Assembly: GCA_910584255.1 (NCBI GenBank)
Contig: CAJTXV010000006.1
Location: forward strand, 1,280-65,279
Length of the DNA stretch: 64,000 bases
DNA from: an uncultured Bacilli bacterium
GTDB lineage: Bacteria; Bacillota_I; Bacilli_A; RF39; UBA660
Reading direction: 5' to 3'
The translations under genes were made by a program, and so were the position numbers. A model generated the notes under the pieces. It worked only from the letters and a program-made list of their open reading frames with translations, was not told the DNA's origin and searched no databases. This document shows, in pieces, positions 60,433 through 64,000 of the stretch. The stretch's first letter is position 1. The number at the start of each line of letters is the position of its first letter.

Positions 60433-60717
60433 TTAATCGTCACTATTTAAATCCTCCATTAGTTCTTTTACACTATGGAAACTTTTATATTCTTCTGGGT
60501 GTCTTTCCATATAATCTAGTTCTTTTAAGGCTTCAGCAAGTTCTTTAGAAGGCTGTTGTTTTATTTCAAAAGGTATTCCCCTTTCATAGATTGCTTTTTT
60601 TAAAAACATATTAATTGCTGTTGTCATATTCAATCCTAGACTATTAAATAAACTAGTTGCTTCTTCTTTTACATCAGTGGGAACATTAACATTTATTGCC
60701 GTTGTCATATTTGCCAT
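60433..60717 (-). CDS. dinJ: DinJ/RelB-family type II antitoxin
   Basis: MANMTTAINVNVPTDVKEEATSLFNSLGLNMTTAINMFLKKAIYERGIPFEI (ribbon-helix-helix, DinJ-like). Start set at 60717 after AAAGGAGATGA. Confidence 0.75.
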   Translation of the reverse strand: MANMTTAINVNVPTDVKEEATSLFNSLGLNMTTAINMFLKKAIYERGIPFEIKQQPSKELAEALKELDYMERHPEEYKSFHSVKELMEDLNSDD

Positions 60718-60902
60718 TTTAATTTCATCTCCTTTTTGCAAATAAATTTTACCATACAAATATATTTAATGCCAACATCCTATATACATGTATCTTTATA
60801 TTGTGTATTATGTATTATATCCTTTGAATACTAAAAATATACCTATTTAATTTCTCGTTATATTTTAAGAATTTTAGTACTAATTCTTTTTTCTAAATCT
60901 GC

Positions 60903-60972
60903 TTGTATGAAAGATGGCTTTTTTTACCAAACAAAAACTAGTTTTGTTTTTATAACTAGTTTTATTGTTCTT
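60903..60972. repeat. Direct repeat copy B (70 nt); includes the last 11 nt of the thioredoxin-like gene
   Basis: See 60039-60107. The copy B end (ttattgttctt) is the stop plus the last codons (..EEQ*) of the 60962-61573 gene, so copy A carries a duplicated gene end. Confidence 0.85.
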
Positions 60973-61573
60973 CTATTGGTTCTTCTTCTACTTTTGTTTT
61001 TCTTCTTGCATAAATAATTAGAGAAATAATTAGAATAAATCCACCAATCACTAGAATATCTGTGATACCAAATGTTCTTTTGTAATTTATGGCTTCTATT
61101 ACTATATCATTTTTGTTTTTGTTTTCATATTCTTCTTGAATTGCTTCATAAATCTCTTCATTTAATGATTCAGAATATCCTGACCAAGAGTGTTTTCCTA
61201 TTACAATATAAGGAACACCCCCCGCATCATCACCTAATTTTCTAGCAACTCTTTCTAATAATTTTTGATTATTAGGGTGATTTACTTGATCCCAGACTTC
61301 ATAAGAGATTAAATTAAAATATTTTCCATATTCTTCAGTCATTGCCTCTAAATAAGTTAAAAACTCATAACAGTGAGAACAGCCAGAACCACGGAATAAA
61401 TAAATATTAGCTTTCTCTTCACTTTCTTTATAATCTGGGTGGTTAAAGTTAATATTTTCTTCCTGACAAGCTTCTTGTAGTCCTGTAGAAATATAATCTT
61501 CTGGTTTTGCAAGACAAGTAGTTGGTATTATTAAAATACTTAGTAATAGAAATACTATAATTCTTTTATTCAC
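60962..61573 (-). CDS. Thioredoxin-fold protein (CSHC) with N-terminal signal peptide and C-terminal TM anchor; paralogue of 31606-32115
   Basis: ANIYLFRGSGCSHCYEFLTYLEAMTEEYGKYFNLISYEVWD...GVPYIVIG aligns with INIYVFWGSGCPHCEELFRFLESIRSNYGKYYNVYGFEVWD...SVPYFIIG. GTG start in a GTGA overlap with the TPR gene stop. Confidence 0.7.
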   Translation of the reverse strand: MNKRIIVFLLLSILIIPTTCLAKPEDYISTGLQEACQEENINFNHPDYKESEEKANIYLFRGSGCSHCYEFLTYLEAMTEEYGKYFNLISYEVWDQVNHPNNQKLLERVARKLGDDAGGVPYIVIGKHSWSGYSESLNEEIYEAIQEEYENKNKNDIVIEAINYKRTFGITDILVIGGFILIISLIIYARRKTKVEEEPIEEQ

Positions 61574-63666
61574 TTCTTTTTCTCTCCTTCTTTTAAAAAT
61601 TCTTTTAGAAAATCATGTTCTTTGTCATATTGTTTTAAAATTTTATTTCCATAACTTTTGAATCCTATTTTATAATAACAAATCCCACGAATGATTTCCA
61701 TAGTTTCTGATATAAATTTTTCTTTTTTTAATTTTTTGATTTTAAAAAGTGCCCTTTTATAATTTTTTCTTTTATAATCTGAAATCACAATTAAAAGTAA
61801 ATCCTCTTTCTTCTTTGTATCTTGATATAATTCTACGGCTAGTTGGTGAGAGGTTTCTAAATCTTCTTTATTTTCTGAAAGTTGATAATTATAAATCCAT
61901 TCACGTTTTAAAAGACGATTCATCATTCCAAGCTTCTCTGCCTTTTTAAGACACTTCTTTGCTTGTTCTCTATCTCCCATACGATTTAAAATAGATCCTT
62001 CTTTTAGAATATTCTCTTTATTGATTCCTTCTATTTCTTGAATTTCTTTTTGATAAAGTAAAGCTTTTTCTAAATGGAAATCTTCTCTATTTTTTGCATA
62101 TTGACATTCTAAAAATACTTTTTTGTATAGATACAGTAATCTAGGAATAAATTTTTTATTCTTTTCTAACATGGATTCTAATTCAGAAACCCTATTTTCC
62201 TTTTCTAAGATGTCTAAATATAGTTCTAAGAACCAGGCATCCTTTTCCTTTGATAGATTAATTTGATTCATCCATTTCCTCATATCGCTGATTTCATCTA
62301 GTTCTAAGGAGCATTTTACTAAGTGTCCATAAGTATAAGACTCTTTTTCAGAAACGTTTAAAAAAAATTCTTTCGCAACTTTATAATTTCCTAACATTTC
62401 ATGACAAACCCCAACTTCGTAAGAATAACGGTTTAAATCCATTTCTGTATTATTTATATCAATCTGATTATATTTTTCTAAGGCCTCTTCATATTCATCT
62501 AATTGTAAAAGGCAAGTTCCAAGTTCTAATAAAACCCAATCATCATTTGGAATCCACTTGATGGCATTTTCTAATGCTTCTTTTTCTTCTTTCAGTTTTC
62601 CTAATTGTTTATAATTCCAAGCGAGATCACAATAAATTAAAGGATGTTCATCTATTTGTTTCGACTTTTTTAAATATGTAATTGCCTTTTGATAATTTTC
62701 CTGATCACTTTCTACTTTGGCTATTTCATAATAAATTCTACTCTTATACTCTGGATTTCTTTTCTGATACTCCTTTAAAACTTTCATTGCTTCTTCAAAC
62801 TTACCTCGTTCACGATAGAAGAGCGAAAAAGAAGTAATTCCAATGATATTTTTGGCATCTTCTGTAATTGCCTTTTGGTAGTAGAAAATAGCCTTTTTTT
62901 CTTTTCCTAGTCTACTATAACAATAAGCATATTTTACATAAACATGTGCATTCATTTCTCTTATTTTGGGTAACACTTCTAGTACTTGCTCATATTGATC
63001 ATTTAAAATATAAATATTGGCAAGATATAAAATATCCCAATCTGTATATTCATTTAATTCTATCAATTTTTTTAAATATACTTCTGCCTCGTTATAATTT
63101 CTTAAATTATAACTACTAGAGGAAAGTTCACGAATTACAGATGGATCCTCTGGATATTTTTTATAGATTTTCTTTTCTATTTCATAGGCTTTTCTAAAAT
63201 GACCTAAGTTATTTAAAACATTAGCATATCGAATTTGATAAAATGGATTCTTGGTACGTTTACAAATATGTTCAATATAAGGTTTCGACTTTGTGTCATC
63301 TCCAAGCATATTATAAGTTACATAAAATTGATAAAAAAGAGGGAGATTTTTTTTAGAAAGATAGTGTTCTATTTCTATTAAATGTGCGAGTGCCTGCTTT
63401 GGTTTTCCTAAAGCATTTAAACAGGTAGCTAAATGAAAATGATAAAATTTAGGACTAATTTTTTCTCCTACGTATTGCACTTTATAATATTCATTGGTAG
63501 CTTCTTCATACTGATATTTCATTTCTAAACATAATCCAAGATAAGCATGATAATCATCATAATCTAATTCTTCTTTATGGGTTTTAACGAGGTTTTCTGC
63601 TTTTTCTATCTTACCTTGTGATAGTAATTTTTGTACTTCTGATATTAAATTCATCTTTTTCACCAC
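61570..63666 (-). CDS. Tetratricopeptide-repeat (TPR) protein, 698 aa, cytoplasmic
   Basis: More than 12 recognisable 34-aa TPR-like units (...A..YY.KA...D..N......L...Y...G...EA...).. No TM helix or signal peptide. Confidence 0.75.
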   Translation of the reverse strand: MVKKMNLISEVQKLLSQGKIEKAENLVKTHKEELDYDDYHAYLGLCLEMKYQYEEATNEYYKVQYVGEKISPKFYHFHLATCLNALGKPKQALAHLIEIEHYLSKKNLPLFYQFYVTYNMLGDDTKSKPYIEHICKRTKNPFYQIRYANVLNNLGHFRKAYEIEKKIYKKYPEDPSVIRELSSSSYNLRNYNEAEVYLKKLIELNEYTDWDILYLANIYILNDQYEQVLEVLPKIREMNAHVYVKYAYCYSRLGKEKKAIFYYQKAITEDAKNIIGITSFSLFYRERGKFEEAMKVLKEYQKRNPEYKSRIYYEIAKVESDQENYQKAITYLKKSKQIDEHPLIYCDLAWNYKQLGKLKEEKEALENAIKWIPNDDWVLLELGTCLLQLDEYEEALEKYNQIDINNTEMDLNRYSYEVGVCHEMLGNYKVAKEFFLNVSEKESYTYGHLVKCSLELDEISDMRKWMNQINLSKEKDAWFLELYLDILEKENRVSELESMLEKNKKFIPRLLYLYKKVFLECQYAKNREDFHLEKALLYQKEIQEIEGINKENILKEGSILNRMGDREQAKKCLKKAEKLGMMNRLLKREWIYNYQLSENKEDLETSHQLAVELYQDTKKKEDLLLIVISDYKRKNYKRALFKIKKLKKEKFISETMEIIRGICYYKIGFKSYGNKILKQYDKEHDFLKEFLKEGEKKK

Positions 63667-63769
63667 TGCTTTTTATTAAACATTATTATAACATAAATAT
63701 GAGATGAAATATAGTCCTAACTATAATACTTGATTCTGCAGAAAAAGAGACAACTTGCCTCTTTTTTCT

Positions 63770-64000
63770 TTATTGTTTTAGTTGATTAATCTCCTTGATA
63801 GATAACGTTGTAATTCTAGAAATTTGAGATGTTTCCATACCCTCATTCAACATAGATTTTGCAATTTCAATTTTACTTTCTCTACTCCCTTGTTCAAGAC
63901 CTTCTTTCATCCCTTTTTCGAATCCTTCCTCTTCTGCTCTGTTTCTTTTGAAATTATCTTCTATCATTTGTGCTTCATATGCATCTACTATCTCTTTTGC
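63770..64000 (-). CDS. C-terminal part of an Rpn-family recombination-promoting nuclease / putative transposase (5' end outside window)
   Basis: The frame is open to nt 64000 (AKEIVDAYEAQMIEDNF...). The tail RAEEEGFEKGMKEGLEQGSRESKIEIAKSMLNEGMETSQISRITTLSIKEINQLKQ is the typical (E-G-x-x)n ... IA..ML..G......I...T.LS..EI..L ending of Rpn/YhgA-like proteins. Confidence 0.5.
   Translation of the reverse strand, partial: AKEIVDAYEAQMIEDNFKRNRAEEEGFEKGMKEGLEQGSRESKIEIAKSMLNEGMETSQISRITTLSIKEINQLKQ

Noticed and set aside
43516-60759. N-terminal extensions given by the longest-ORF rule (for example 43516-43584, 47791-47844, 52620-52649, 59375-59437, 60718-60759, also 14795-14857, 20215-20259, 34879-34977, 41353-41370).
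   Set aside because: In each case an internal ATG is preceded at 5-9 nt by a strong AGGAGG-like RBS and/or gives the typical family N-terminus or a 4-nt ATGA overlap. The extension would overlap the upstream gene or lacks an RBS.
60039-60972. The 70-bp repeats flanking the TA cassette as integron attC sites (TA cassettes are classic integron cargo).
   Set aside because: They are direct repeats that include a duplicated gene end. They are not imperfect inverted-repeat attC structures with R''/L''-L'/R' boxes. No intI-like integrase or attI is in the window.
765-61949. Nearly all plus-strand ORFs of 60-124 aa in the supplied track: 765-1037, 1273-1458, 2616-2984, 5829-6065, 16682-16873, 18434-18652, 23434-23712, 26658-26867, 27476-27769, 29385-29603, 29963-30178, 31506-31730, 34870-35064, 35963-36256, 39711-39923, 40757-40969, 42938-43120, 43498-43707, 43730-43963, 48749-48976, 50387-50761, 51079-51312, 51557-51784, 52922-53104, 56653-56979, 57670-57861, 58455-58655, 61749-61949.
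   Set aside because: Each lies antisense within a long, motif-supported minus-strand gene. They lack RBSs and have the low-complexity Leu/Phe/Ser/Ile-rich composition expected from the reverse complement of AT-rich coding DNA. They are treated as shadow ORFs.

Overview
This is a 64-kb, very AT-rich segment (roughly 25-33% GC by eye, not computed). It reads like the chromosome of a low-GC Bacillota (Firmicutes) gut-type anaerobe, possibly Erysipelotrichales or Clostridia-like; that taxonomy is a guess. Genetic code 11 fits: long ORFs, all three stop codons in use, AGGAGG-type RBSs. There are about 55 real genes. All but two units (a decayed IS at 9.1-10.7 kb and one small gene at 34991-35623) are on the minus strand, so nearly all plus-strand ORFs in the supplied track are antisense shadows.

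Contents in window order:
1. 1-9.0 kb: surface-protein cluster. It holds a 1,687-aa protein with 14 cadherin-like repeats and a C-terminal dockerin, flanked by proteins carrying cohesin-like modules (one membrane-anchored, and missed by the ORF track because it runs off the window).
2. 9.1-10.7 kb: frameshifted ISLre2/UPF0236-type IS with 13-bp terminal inverted repeats.
3. 10.7-13.3 kb: SDR, alpha/beta hydrolase, RdgB.
4. 13.4-29.7 kb: mosaic Wzx/Wzy capsule/EPS locus (CpsB/D/C, LCP, acyltransferase, Wzx, Wzy, two GT4s, an HprK-like P-loop protein, priming transferase, ECF sigma/anti-sigma), interrupted by ORF6N, VanZ and flavoprotein genes.
5. 29.8-31.5 kb: two-gene ABC-type ATPase plus small TOPRIM-like protein, a candidate phage-defence pair.
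6. 31.6-34.9 kb: arylsulfotransferase (ASST) translationally coupled to a membrane thioredoxin-like protein, with an XRE-type membrane regulator.
7. 35.6-41.4 kb: Bce-type peptide-antibiotic sensing/detoxification module (RR, HK, ABC ATPase, FtsX permease, VanZ-RDD fusion).
8. 41.4-45.1 kb: two flavoproteins and a YxeA/DUF1093 gene. The YxeA gene carries the same 38-nt promoter block, with a TTACA-N4-TGTAA box, as the ABC transporter.
9. 45.3-49.7 kb: CarD-like regulator, an 843-aa acidic coiled-coil protein, and another surface protein.
10. 49.9-60.0 kb: Rhs/YD polymorphic-toxin island. This is the most interesting region. It has a 2,036-aa Rhs protein with no recognisable export signal, translationally coupled to a phage tail-collar-like protein and preceded by a TcdE-type holin. 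Downstream are an immunity gene, a start-less orphan toxin cassette (GIY-YIG-like) sharing a 301-bp ~93%-identical recombination handle with the main gene, more immunity-like genes, and decayed fragments.
11. 60.0-61.0 kb: DinJ-YafQ toxin-antitoxin cassette bracketed by ~70-bp direct repeats.
12. 61.0-64.0 kb: second thioredoxin-like protein coupled to a TPR protein, then a partial Rpn-family gene.

I saw no rRNA, tRNA or CRISPR array. All family assignments come from motif recognition by eye; no searches were run.
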